A stretch of 61,370 bases of DNA, filler included. It is 13 parts of 13 records of this genome, joined end to end, with 100 filler letters (N's around TTAATTAATTAA, not from the genome) between each part and the next. Parts side by side here need not be neighbours in the genome. Positions count along the whole stretch, not along the records: positions 25,842 to 29,335 come from SRR15195285_980; positions 29,436 to 34,395 come from SRR15195285_984; positions 34,496 to 40,173 come from SRR15195285_985; 10 more parts are not named here. The stretch is one strand, 5' to 3'. The stretch's first letter is position 1; every line of letters starts with the position of its first letter. Below are positions 26,160 to 38,000 of the stretch, in pieces. Position numbers and translations under genes: made by a program. A model generated the notes under the pieces. That model ran no database searches. It worked only from the letters and a program-made list of their open reading frames with translations, and was not told the DNA's origin.

Positions 26160-27713
26160 ATGGGCGAAGGCGCCGGGGCGCTGGACTACCCGAAGGGCGT
26201 GCTGGTGGCAGGCGCTGGCCCGCCCTCGCAGCACTGGGCGCTGAGCAGCGAGAGGGCGAGGCAGGACCAGCAGGCGCGCGTGGCTTGGGCGCAGCGCTGC
26301 GAGGACTTGGAGGCGGCGCAGCGGGCGGAGCGGGCGGTGGCCCAGCTGGAAGAGCAGGCGCGGGCGCGCGCGGAGGAGCTCGCGAAGGAGGGGCGCGATT
26401 TCGTAGTCGCGGGGCTCTCTGAGGCGCCAGAAGCTGCGCCAGAAGTTGCGCCGCGCGGCGCGGACAGCCGTGACGGCGACGGCGGCACCGCTGCCCGCGG
26501 TGCGGCGGCGGACAGGTTCAACATCACACCGCGAGGCACCGGTGGCATTGTAATCGACAAGGCAGCTGCGAAGGCAGATCGCATACGGCCGCCTGAAGTT
26601 CAGGTCCGCGTGCGCGTTGGAACGACAATCAGCGATGCCGAGGCCGACGAGAGTACGCACGCGAGCACTGGTTCGAGACGTCGTGGCCGATCGCGCTCCG
26701 CCGCGCCGGACGGGACTGGCCGACCGCGGACCGCGAGCTCGGCAACGGGCTCGCTTTTGCGCTCCGCGAGCCCGCCCGAGCACCTCGACGGCCCCGAACC
26801 GGCTGTGTGGCAAGGCAACAACACGGACGCGATGGAGCCTGGAGCTGGCGTTGCGATGCGAGTAGGCAATGAGCTGCGGCGCGGGCCCTCACTGGCGAAG
26901 GATCCGATGCGACTCACACGCCGCGAGTATCTCATGAGCCGAACACGCGGCGACCATGAAACAATCGACGCCCGCACACCGACGCGCGCGTCTCACGCTG
27001 CCGCAGCCTACAGCGCAGGCAGCTCAGAGGAAGAGGAGGACCATGTCCAGCCACCAGTGCCCGAGCGACACTGGATGGATGACGCACGAGCCTTAGATCA
27101 GCCCAGCTCTGCTGAAGAGGAGGAGCAGCGCCAGCTCCAGCAGTGGTACAGCAGGGGCAGGGGCAGGCACTACGCTTTCGAGAAGCAGATCATTGAAGCC
27201 AAGGCCAAGTCAGCGTGGGGGAACGACCACGCCGGTGTCCCAGGACGGCGAGCGCCTGTGCCCGTGTTGCCACAGAAGAACTCGCGCAACGCACTGCTCT
27301 CGCAGGCAGCTACCCTCTCTAGTCAGGGGGCGACTGCGGTCCAGCGCTCTCTGCGGCGAGGGCAGCATCAGCAGCAGAAGCAAACAACAGAAAAGCAACA
27401 GCGTGGCTCGGCAAGCTCGCCGCTCGACGGTTTCGCAGTACCAATGGGCGATGGTCCGGCGCGCCGCACTCGGCTTGAGCTTGCGTCACGAGATTTGCAG
27501 CGGCATGTCAAAAGCCAGGCTTTAGGGAACAGGACAAGGGTCGCACCAAATCCCGACAGTCCGACACGTGCGGGATATACGCGCATGGCAGGCCTACCGA
27601 TTGGCGGCGGCAGTCGTCGTCTTGCCTCGGGCGCCACATCCGCCGCTGCGTCCTCTACATCCAGGCGCGCGAGTACGGCCCGGCGCACACCTGTTATGGT
27701 TGTGCGCGCATGA
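26160..27713 (+). CDS. Hypothetical, largely disordered protein (517 aa)
   Basis: Long ATG-initiated ORF with a short coiled coil and R/S/A-rich tracts. Convergent with the rhodanese-Rid gene. Confidence 0.6.
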   Translation: MGEGAGALDYPKGVLVAGAGPPSQHWALSSERARQDQQARVAWAQRCEDLEAAQRAERAVAQLEEQARARAEELAKEGRDFVVAGLSEAPEAAPEVAPRGADSRDGDGGTAARGAAADRFNITPRGTGGIVIDKAAAKADRIRPPEVQVRVRVGTTISDAEADESTHASTGSRRRGRSRSAAPDGTGRPRTASSATGSLLRSASPPEHLDGPEPAVWQGNNTDAMEPGAGVAMRVGNELRRGPSLAKDPMRLTRREYLMSRTRGDHETIDARTPTRASHAAAAYSAGSSEEEEDHVQPPVPERHWMDDARALDQPSSAEEEEQRQLQQWYSRGRGRHYAFEKQIIEAKAKSAWGNDHAGVPGRRAPVPVLPQKNSRNALLSQAATLSSQGATAVQRSLRRGQHQQQKQTTEKQQRGSASSPLDGFAVPMGDGPARRTRLELASRDLQRHVKSQALGNRTRVAPNPDSPTRAGYTRMAGLPIGGGSRRLASGATSAAASSTSRRASTARRTPVMVVRA

Positions 27714-27777
27714 GTATCGGTGAATCCGCTAATGCAATGGCGCTTGTGGTCATTGTCATTGCTGCTCAGCCGCTGAA

Positions 27778-29148
27778 TTACAGCTTGGCTTTGATCACTT
27801 CGAACCTACTCTCCACTTCTTCTACCATATTGTCGATGAAGCTCTCGAGCTCCTCTACTCGGCTTTCCAACGCCACTACGCGCTCTTCGCTCTTCGCCAG
27901 CAACAGTTCGAGCGTCGATCCCTCCCCGCTACTGCTGCCCGGTGCATCACTAGGTTCGCCATAGCCATCCTCCACCTGCCGCGACAGACAGGAAGAGCAG
28001 ATGACTGATTACTGACGGCTCATCAAGCACTCGCGCTGCAACGATTAACAACCGCACCTCAAAGATGGCTTCGATCTCGACAGCAATGCTCATCGGCAGC
28101 GAGCCCATCCCTACAGCAGACCTCGCTCCCCAGCCATCCTCGCCAAACACTTCCGTCATCAGCTCGGCGTAGCCGTCGATGACACCCGGATGCTCACCAA
28201 AATCTGGACGAGCGTTGACCATGCCGAGCGACTTCACGACGCGTTTTATCCCATCTAGCGAGCCGATAGCGCCTTTAGCAATGGAAAGCAGGGAAATGCC
28301 CGTAGAACGGGCTGCCGCTTTCGCTTCGTCGAACGACACCTCATCTGGCACCTTGCCAATCACACGGGGTCGGGCAGAGCTGCCAGAGACGTAAAGCATG
28401 TTGCCAACTAGACGCTGCACGGACAGCAACGGCAAAGCTCGGTATCAACTACCATAAACCACATTCCGCCAAATTCTGCGAAGATGCTGGTCTGACGGTC
28501 GGTGTAGGGAGTGAGGGGGGAGCGGATGCTGTGAAGTCTCACGTAGGGAACGTAGCGACCGACTGGGACCAGCTCTGGGAGCTCGATGCCCAATGCTGCC
28601 AGGCGCCCTTCTGCTGTGAGGCTATCCGCCAACTCCTCGATGTCCGACAGGCCGCCGGCGTTGATTGTGTTGCTGTACCCAGCAGCCTCCAACGCTGACT
28701 TCGCGACGCCAGCACGGCCGCCGACAGCGCAGAAACATATGACTGGCACGTCCTTCTCTGGCAACAGTTCCGCGGCTTTGGCAACCAGCTCCTCCGCGCT
28801 GTCCATCGTGACGGGGCATTGTACCTACTCCCGACCAAACAGTCTCGTGGATCAGCTGTCTGGAACCTGGCTGGCAACGCAAGGTGCACATTTGAGTAGA
28901 TTCCATCACAATTCACAGCGCACTGTGATACCCCCCCAAAATGAGGGGAGAAACCGTTTCGCATTGAAATTGTGCGTCTCTGAGTGGACACCCACCCGTC
29001 TGGCGCGAACTTTCGGCAGTGGGTTCTGCTCTTGCTCGGCGGTTGAGCGCACGTCCAGCCAGACGGCGGTTGTGTCGGCTGCGGCGCTCGCCACCTCCTC
29101 TCGCGGGGACACGCCGTACGTCGCCATGCGGCTGCTATAGTCAGACAT
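27778..29148 (-). CDS. Rhodanese-Rid (YjgF/YER057c/UK114, Rid1-like) fusion with coiled-coil tail and PTS1 (exons 29148-29011, 28824-28543, 28414-28058, 27975-27778)
   Basis: Rhodanese motifs WLDVRS, VICFCAVGGRA and NAGGL run without a break, within one exon, into AEGRLAALGIELP..GRYVPY, then GNMLYVSG, VNARPDFGEHPGVIDG, ARSAVGMGSLP and VEIEAIFE. The protein ends in AKL*. An alternative ATG is at 29127. Confidence 0.9.
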
Positions 29149-29435
29149 ACCGGCAACTATTCCCGCATATGTCCAGTATAGTGCTCCCGCGGCGCCGCGC
29201 CGGCCGGCGCGCGCGCGCGTCCGCGGGCGCGTGCTATATATGCAACGTACTAGTATGGTACTCAAATCCCCATTCAACTTCTAAACTGGAAGGACTGCGG
29301 AGGTCACCGCGCGACCCGGCGGACGGCGCATTCGCNNNNNNNNNNNNNNNNNNNNNNNNNNNNNNNNNNNNNNNNNNNNTTAATTAATTAANNNNNNNNN
29401 NNNNNNNNNNNNNNNNNNNNNNNNNNNNNNNNNNN

Positions 29436-30485
29436 AGCGCACTGGACTGAGGTGGTGCAGGACGGCCAAGTGAAACACTTGGGAATCGGTGAGCATTGGG
29501 CTCAGCATGCATTCTGGGAGTACGATGTCTATCAAAACGGAGGTTTTTGGGGCACACCGTCTGGGTGGGTGCTACCGGTCATTGCACGCAACGACAGCGC
29601 GGTGGCGGAGCAGCTTGTGAGGGATGCGATCAACGACTGCCGCCGCAACGGCATTAACGAGTGGCACAACAATGACTACTGCAGTAACTGCGCGGGTGAG
29701 CTGGTCACGAATCCGGCCCAACTTCCCCCCCTCGCTGCTGGTGAGAGATATTTCACGCACAATTCTCATTGGTTTCGTAGATCTAAGAAAGGCTAACGCC
29801 GACGCAACTGTTTTGGAACTATTAAATTCGAATGCTGAAAGAGAGCTTGACTTCTGTGCTGTTTTCCTTGGAACAGGAGGAGTCTACGGCCAGTGCACGC
29901 CAGACGGTCTTGGCTGCCAGGCGTACCCAATGCGAGGGAACTGGTACGGTGGCGCGATGGTTTATGGACCTAATATTGGAAGCATTTATCTGGCTGCGCA
30001 GCGGATTTTGCCAAATCTCCCTGTCCCGCCACCTTCGCCGAACCCAACTCCAGCACCGCCACCTCCCGTCACACCCCCGCCGTCTGGGTGCAATGTCACT
30101 GCGAATTGGACTTTCACGTCATTAATCGCACCACCTCGCTTGGAGACGAATGTTTTCTTCGAATCTGCAGACGGTAAGAAACACAAACTCGCATGCATAC
30201 GCCACTAGTATGCTGTGGCTCGTCGAAGGTTCGCGTCAAACTTTCAACGCTTGCGTGGTTTGGTTTTGATTTCAAAATATAACAGGTTCGTTGGTCCTCA
30301 CACCGGGGAAAAATGATGGTTGGAAGACAGCAAAAGGTCGTCTCTACGGCGACTGGCAGATGGTCTTTGAGTATGGCACCGCCTTCAACGCTCGTCACCG
30401 CGACATTGGAGTCACATGCACACTGGCGAGGAATTGTAGCTTCATCCGCTGTCCCGTGTACACGTACACGCGCGTGGCGCTGTGA
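29436..30485 (+). CDS. 3' part of a putative six-hairpin glycosidase-like protein with a Pro-rich linker (multi-exon, 5' partial)
   Basis: GQVKHL...YQNGGFWGTPSGWVLPVIA...GINEW is typical of the end of an (alpha/alpha)6 barrel. It is followed by PPPSPNPTPAPPPP and further exons. Confidence 0.55.
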
Positions 30486-30554
30486 CAATGCAATTTTCAA
30501 GTGAGCATCGATTGTAGGACGCAGTCGTAAATGCCCTTGCTCATTAGCCGTAGC

Positions 30555-30720
30555 CTACGGAGGCACGTTCGAGGTAAGTGGATGGCTGCTGACGAAACCA
30601 TTCGTGCTCGCAATCCGTATGGACTCGAAGAACTCGTTCATCGTCAATCCACCCGTACCCTTGTGGTCGATAGCTGCAAATAATCGATCGAGCTCTACAT
30701 CAGTTGATACAGCTCCTATC
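30555..30720 (-). other. Isolated EF-hand-like coding fragment
   Basis: ELDRLFAAIDHKGTGGLTMNEFFESI fits an EF-hand. No convincing start or full gene model. Confidence 0.4.
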
Positions 30721-31158
30721 TGAGATCTTCCAACTGACACAACAAACACTGACCTTGAATATATTGAGATCAACCGATGAATCGCATATGATGCACGAGC
30801 AGAATGTGTCTACACTCGGGGGGCTGTACGCTCAGCTGGTTCTGGTGAGAAGGCCTCTCGAGCCTTGATCCATCAGCGCGGATCCTGCTGGTGGTCCCGA
30901 CATCGGCCTGCTATTGCAGCTCTGCACTGACTCGCCGGTGTTGTCATCACGGGCGCGAGAACTATGCGGTCTGTGGAAGAGATTATTCGAGAGGACGCTG
31001 GTTATGTGTTCTGCATAACCAGTCAGACGTTGCCACTAATGGAAACGTGGGTGACCTTACTGGCCATGACTTGAAGTACGGAGACGACCAAGCCGAGTTC
31101 AAATTTCATTTTAAGTAGAGCAGAGACATGAGCATCATTGGCCTATGTGTGCCTAGCG

Positions 31159-31193
31159 TGACAAAGGGCATAAGGGCCTTATGCCCTTTGTCA
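31159..31193. repeat. 35-bp palindrome, copy 2 of the AAAGGGCATA family
   Basis: TGACAAAGGGCATAAGG-G-CCTTATGCCCTTTGTCA, with perfect 17-bp arms. Confidence 0.9.
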
Positions 31194-31282
31194 GAATGGT
31201 GCGTACGGCTCACATGTACGGTACGGCGTAGCATAACGACGATTCATTGAATAGAGCGTAGCATACGATACAGTACCTCAGG

Positions 31283-34187
31283 CTAATCATAGATGGTACC
31301 CCCACCACTCGTGCTAGACGTCGCCTCCGGTGGAACATAGGGCGCCGCCGCCCCACCACCGCCGATTCCTGCATCCATCTCGAATATACTCTGGGAAAGG
31401 CCATCCCCACCCTTCCCTCCGCCCGGGACCCGTTGGTTCAGGTACCTCTGCACCCCGTAGGCTATTCCGCAGAGCAGAACGAACACAGGCAAGATGCGGG
31501 AAATGGTGGTCGCAACCATGCCCTCTTCCTCCATGCAATGCTCGGTTAGCCTGCTCTCCTTCGCCATGTTGCGCAGCTCCTTCACGCACTCAGAGAGTGG
31601 TTCGTCCTCTCCAAACTTCCCACCGACGATCGTGCCGTCGTGGCTGTTGCCACTCAGGTCCCGTAGGACTTTGTTAGACTCACCAAAGACATAAAACGCT
31701 TCCAGATCTTGCGCGCGTTGACACGGGCAGCTGTCCTCGCCACCTTGCTCCGCCGACCAGACGCGGAACACTGACATCTGTCCGTCCATGGAGCGCGCGA
31801 CCTGCCCCTGTGGGTCCCTCCAGCCGCCCAGCCGCGGCGAATCGAGCACAACGGGCACCCAGCCTTTCGCAGCAGTCTGTGAGAATGCAACACCATGGTC
31901 TTCATAGTTCTGCTCAGGGTCGTACTCCTCTTTCGCAAGAGAACCGCCTTCCGCCGACTGAGCCCAGAGCTTGTACACGTGCTGTTCACTCGAATAGAAC
32001 ACCGAGATGTAAACCCACTCGTCCGTCGGCGGGACCCACGAGAACGTGAAGTCTCCATTGCCGTTGATATCGAAACCGAACTCGCTATTGTAGATCTGGT
32101 AGTGCAAATCACCAGTGGTCCACCCATCTTCATTCATGATCGGATGGTTGCCCGTGGTACAGTGAAACTTCGCCCAAACGTCGACCTGGATGTCGACGTA
32201 CGCAGCCGAGGCCGAGTCCCGTCTACGGGTCAGTTTTGGCAGGCTCACGTAGTCGGCCTCACCGTCGAAGTATCCACCAAACCCGGGGTTAGTGCACGTG
32301 ACGTGCTCCGGCCTTGCGCCACCGTGACACTGCGTCTGATCGGTGCTGTCACAATGGGCAATTCCATCACGACCGTTACCTGAGAGATCTGGGACGTGCG
32401 TGTCGTGGTCGTTCGAGAACGTATAGCTGAGCTCCATTCCTGGAGTGCCAGCGCCGTAACAGTGCGTGCAATGGTGGCACTGGTGCTTTTGGTAAGAGAA
32501 CACTTTGAACTCGTAGATCTCGCCGTCCAAAGCGCGCTTGATCTGGGAATTGAACGTGGTCGCGAGAGGGTCCTCGTGGAACCACGCGCCGATGCGAGGA
32601 GAGTCGAATGTGATCATCGGCCACTTCGCCCTTGCTGCTCGCGAGATTGCCTGCTCTACGCAAGGCTCAACTGCTGCGCCCACGTGATAGTCACAGAATC
32701 CCTCCGGCCGGTACTCTTCCTGTGTAACAGTCTGCAGGCCGTTCTGATCGTTGTGACTATTGCCACCTCCGCCCACTGGTGGTTCCGCAAGGGCAGGTGT
32801 TGAGACGTGAAGGTGATACCGGTGGTCGGCACAAGAATAGATGGTGGTGATATAGTACCACTGGTCCGCGTGCATGTCTGTCGGGCCATTTCCAGGCTGC
32901 CACTGAAAGTGATAGTCTCCGTTGCCATTGATGTCGAACCCGAACGCACCATCGTATATCTGATAATGTAGGTCTCCCTCGTCCCAGTTGTCTTCGTTCA
33001 TAATCGGGTGATTCATCTTAGGCATCTTTTCGCATTGGCGTGGGCTCGACGCAGTACTGGGCTTGACACAGTACTGATTCCCTTCCACCTCCTATGGTAG
33101 CACGAGACAACCTTGAGAGCGCCGCACAGTATGGTGTGCAGGCGAGGAGTGACCAGAGGTTGCGCACCGTTCCTGGACATTCGGTGGCCGCGTACCCAGC
33201 AGTTCCCTGCGTCCAGCCGTACCCGAGCTGTGAGCACTGGTCTGTCGAAAGTGCGTCCCGCCCGAACTTTATCCACGTGTCGATTGTGACGTCACAGTAC
33301 GTCCCGAGCTTGTTCTGCGACACCTGCACGTAATCGTTGCCGCCGTTAAACTTGCGTGGAGTAGCCTGCGTCTGGTCTGAAATCGCGCCCGCCGACGTCC
33401 CAGCGAGATCGTGGCCTGCGCTGTGCGCCCCGGTGGCAACTGGCGAGCGATCGCAGCTGCGCGGAGTGGTGCTGAGGTAGCAGCCCTCGATCTGACCGCT
33501 GGCCCCGGAAGTATCGAGGCACATCCCGACTACAAAGCCATAAGCCTCCGCGCTGCCCTGCATGCACATCTTCTGCCCGTTGGGCTGCTCCATGACCCCC
33601 ACCCACGACGCGCACGTTGGCACAGACACGCAGCCCGCCGGGTTGTTGTCAAGCCGTTCGCACTCTGGCGAGCTGGACGAATACTCGTAGTTCGTGTTAC
33701 ATGGGTGTACATGCTCCGCCGTCTGCCTGTCCGCGGTACACCTACAGGCGGAAGGGCACATTTCCGGTGTCAGCGCACCGGTGCAGAACAGTGGTACCCG
33801 AACCCTTCCGCGCGGCTCGCGCGAGAGAGCAGAGCGAGAGCGAGAGACAGGGTGTTCGCTCGCCACAGGGTGTGCCCCCCGACCCCGCCCCTGCGCTCGC
33901 GCCCTTCCCCCGAGTGAAAGAGACAGACAGAGGGACAGAGACAGACCAGGGGGTACGAAGGCAAGGAACAAGGAACTGCCGCCCAGCCGCACTGTATGTG
34001 CCCACGACCGCCGACCGCACTCGCAACATGGTGCTAAGAAACCAGGAACTGCCCGTGCCCCCCAGCCCCCAGCCCCCAGCCCCACTGTACTGTAGTACGT
34101 GCCCGCTACCGCACCCAGCATGGTGCTAAGGAACTGCCCCCCAAGGAACTGCCCGTGCCCACTCCCGCTGCCCACCATCATCGTCAT
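31283..34187 (-). CDS. Type I membrane protein with tandem LamG/concanavalin-like domains (multi-exon, start uncertain)
   Basis: Repeats FNGGNDYVQV / YFDGEADYVSLP; duplicated NHPIMNEDxWxxGDLHYQIY..FGFDINGNGD; DSPR(I/L)G(A/G)W; DLSGNxxDG; C-terminal TM ILPVFVLLCGIAYGV with a short tail. Confidence 0.8.
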
Positions 34188-34502
34188 GCTCTATAGTACG
34201 GCACTCACTCGCGCACGACCGACTGCGCCAAGCCACTGCGGCACTGAAACACAACCACCAGCGCCGCTGCCATCACCGCCTCCTTCGCCACCATCCTGCC
34301 AGCAGCCAGTGGTATGGGGTGGCAAAACGGGGCGACCTCCCCCCGGTCTAACTCACTGCCCACAGCTCAGCAGAGTCAAAACAATGCTAATTTACNNNNN
34401 NNNNNNNNNNNNNNNNNNNNNNNNNNNNNNNNNNNNNNNTTAATTAATTAANNNNNNNNNNNNNNNNNNNNNNNNNNNNNNNNNNNNNNNNNNNNGACAC
34501 AC

Positions 34503-34525
34503 AGGGCATACGGCCCGTACGCCCT
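34503..34525. repeat. Degenerate palindrome, copy 3 of the AAAGGGCATA family
   Basis: AGGGCATACGG-C-CCGTACGCCCT (one mismatch), 7 nt from the start of contig 8. Confidence 0.8.
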
Positions 34526-35055
34526 TTATGTTACAACCTGTACTAGATCTAGATCTAGTACCATGTGCACTTATGCGATGAGACTACGGGAGTAGAACTC
34601 TGCCGCAACCCAACTTTTCATCGAAATCAAACACACACCACATGCAAGCTCCGGAAGCTTACACCGACAATGACGGACACACACCGCCTCAACTGGGTGA
34701 CCACCCTACGCAGGGGCGCTCATAGCGAGACTGTCCACCGCCTTCTTAGTACGAAGCAGCCCTTCTGCAGAACTGGTTTCTTGTCATCTCTTCGGGAAAC
34801 CTAAAAGTGATTCTGCATAAGGAGGCAGGTGGAACGTGGAAGCTGGACAATACGGAGCTTCATGGCGATTCCAACCCTGCCAATAAAGCGAGCAGGAAGG
34901 CTTTTCGTGAATGCGCAGACAGTCCCGGGGCGTTTTGCCAGCGTCTCTACGGCTTAGGTGATCTCACAGCAGTGAAACCTCGATCATTGTCAAACCGTTC
35001 TTGCGAGCCATTTCCGCATGTCCGAGCCATATCCACTACACCAGACCTGGAAACT

Positions 35056-38000
35056 TCACGGGCGCACGGCATCGCCCAAATCCTGTTGGCTGCCGCCACT
35101 GACTAGAATTCTCGTGCTAATGCTCTCGGCGGCATCCTCTATTGTCTCCGCCACGGTCTCCTCCACGAGCTCCTCAGCTGTGCCTTCCAGGAGCCCAAGC
35201 TGTTCGTTATGAGCGCGCGAAAGTGGTGCAGCGCGACATTTCATGTACACAGCAAGTCAATGCCAGCACATCAGTACAGTACATCAAAACGAAAGAACCC
35301 TAGCGGGAGGCTCAATGCAGCGAGGCACTAAGCTTGTTTAGCACCAGCGTGGCATACTCAAAGTGGATCGCACCAATGTACCAATGTTGCATCCTCCGCA
35401 GGCAACGTCCATGATAACGTCAATCATCGGCAACGAAGATAGCACGATCTTCAGCGGATCTATGCACAGGACTGTATGACGAACACCCACGACCCATGCC
35501 AATCCGACACGACATGATAGCACCATCAGCAATGCGAGTACGAAACTGTCGACACGCTGACTAACAAGAGCAGTGGTGGCGTCAAGAAGCAGCAGAATGC
35601 GCTTAGATGGTACAACAGGTACCGGCACAGACCCACTTACACTTCCACGCGAGGCTTGAAGCCACGGCACCGATGAATTCAATTGTCTTCTCTTCGCTGA
35701 ACACAGTAGTGGTTGCGGCAACGACGACGCATGCAGACACACTTGCCACAGTTGTGTAGATATATGGCACCATCAGCGCCCAACCAACGCGTGCTTTGAT
35801 GGGCAGGGGGCTGACGTGGTGATACCAAGCCATCACGGCAGCCATGAGCCGCAGGTCTTCTTTCTCTGTGTCACTGGCAGTCGTGAAGCCCACATCGCTA
35901 CCGGTAGGTACTGTCGGCACACTTGGAACAGCTGGCTCAGCTACCGTAGACGCAAACGATACAGACAGCGAGTGTGGTGCCGCCGGAACGGCTGGCAGTC
36001 GTGGCCACTCGTGATCAGGCGGGGCCGCTGGGAGAGTTGCGGCTTCATTTGTGTCCGGCGGCTCGCCTTCCTCGGTTTCGTGTTCAGGCTGAGGCTCGAG
36101 TTCAGGAGCAGCAACTGTGACGTGAGTATGACTCATCTTTGCCGCAGTTGAAACTGCAGTTGCAAATCGTCTGCGCGCGCCGTGAATGTGGGTGTACCTG
36201 AGGTTCTGCTTAGCCGCAGATAGCGCGTGTACCGTAGCTTGGTGCTGCAGAGCAAGGGCCCTCAGTTTGTTGGAGGTTGAGTTTGCGTCAGCATCATCGA
36301 TATTGGCATCAACCACGTGGCTCTTGAACTTGCGGGTTGAAGTCTCAGACTGAGCCTTCTTCACCAGTCCCATCACGTCGTAAAACGCATTTCTGACTGC
36401 CTGGTGCTCTCTACGCGCAGCCTCGACTTTCTCGGCAGCATTCTGAACTGCACTCCAATGCGCCAGCGCCTTTTCGGCCTGTGCTTTCTTGTACATGACA
36501 CCCCCCAGGCGCTCTGCTTGTGCTATCGCCAGCTCCATAGCGTCAAGTTGTCCATTTCGACTATTTTCTTCAGCTTGTGCCATCAGTGCCTTGATTTCAG
36601 TCTCTTCGGCGGCTAACGCGTCGCGATCTGCCTGTGCTTTAGCCAGCTGTACCTTTGGTGAGGGCTCGTTCTTGGCAGCCTTTGGGTGAATACGAGAGGG
36701 CCCTGTCGGGTTTTCAAACGACCAATAGATGCCTAGATTAGCCTTGCCAGCTGGTCGGCCATCAGGTGGTGCTGTCAGCTCGTGGAAATTCTCTGCACAA
36801 AGCGTCGGCCAAACTAAGGTGCTATCAATGGGGAGGGTGATTTCGGTCTGGGCAATGATGCGATCACTCTTGAATCGCTCTGTGCAGTACACTTTGACAC
36901 CAAGCATAATTCTCTGCTTCCTCTGCTGCTCCAACAAGTAGTCGCGGGGCGGCAAGAGGAAAGAGATTGTCTCTCCTCTTGCTACGTGTTCACCATCTGC
37001 AGGTGTAGGCCATGTCGGATTGACGCCAGTGACAACGCTGCTCTTCAATGTCTCGCCGCCGATGGTGAGCTTAACATACACGTGCTCGTGCAGTGAGCCA
37101 GTCAAGTGTTCTTTGGACAGCCCTTGACACTCGATTACAGAGATATGGACGCAGCTGGCCGGGGCGCCCGTCGTGCAGCTAAACACCCAGTTCACTTCGG
37201 ATGGAAGTGGCTTCTTGTTGTCGTTCAAAGCTGTCAGGAGATCGCGAATTTCTTCTCCCGGATCTGTTCGTACCGGCTGAACTTCAACATCAGTTTCAAC
37301 TTTCTCAGTGCCTGGTTGGGGGCGCTGAAGTAGCTGAGGATTCGAATAGAAAAATTCTTCCAGCGTTCGCATCGCGCGTCGCATGCCTCTGAACGCCACT
37401 AATGGCTCCTTTAGCATCGTCTTGGGAACCTCCACCATGGTGTTTTCATTGCTAGCCCGGTCAATCTCCAGTTGTGTGCGTCCAGCCAACCGCAGAACGG
37501 CCCCGACATCCCAGGTCTGAACACGGCGATCAGGGCAGAGCACCTCCATGACCTCTCTCACGTCCTCTTGGTTCAGAGCCACTGGCAGATTTGCCAAGAG
37601 ACTATCTACCCAGACTCGATTCACACGCAGCTGTAGTGCTGCTGCACGGCGGCGAGGACCCACAACGGCAGCTTTTGAAGACATCGCGTCTTCGATTCGC
37701 TCAATCATATCACTAATGATTCCGACAGTCTGCTGCATCACGAAGGTATTGGAGAATCTACTGCTCATGTCAACGGAAGACACAATGCGCTCGTGTTTGC
37801 TGTACATGCACGGAAAAGTAGCTTTGGCACAGGTGCGAAGACTACTGGAAATCTCAGCGAACGTACTCGCCCACCAGGCGTGCGAACAGCACTTTTCGCT
37901 CGGTTCATTATCCCCGTTTTTGCTCTCGTTCAGCTTGCTCTCCATTTCACCAGTTTTCAGCTTCAGGTCATTCTCAAATGGGCGACGCAACCATGCAAAC

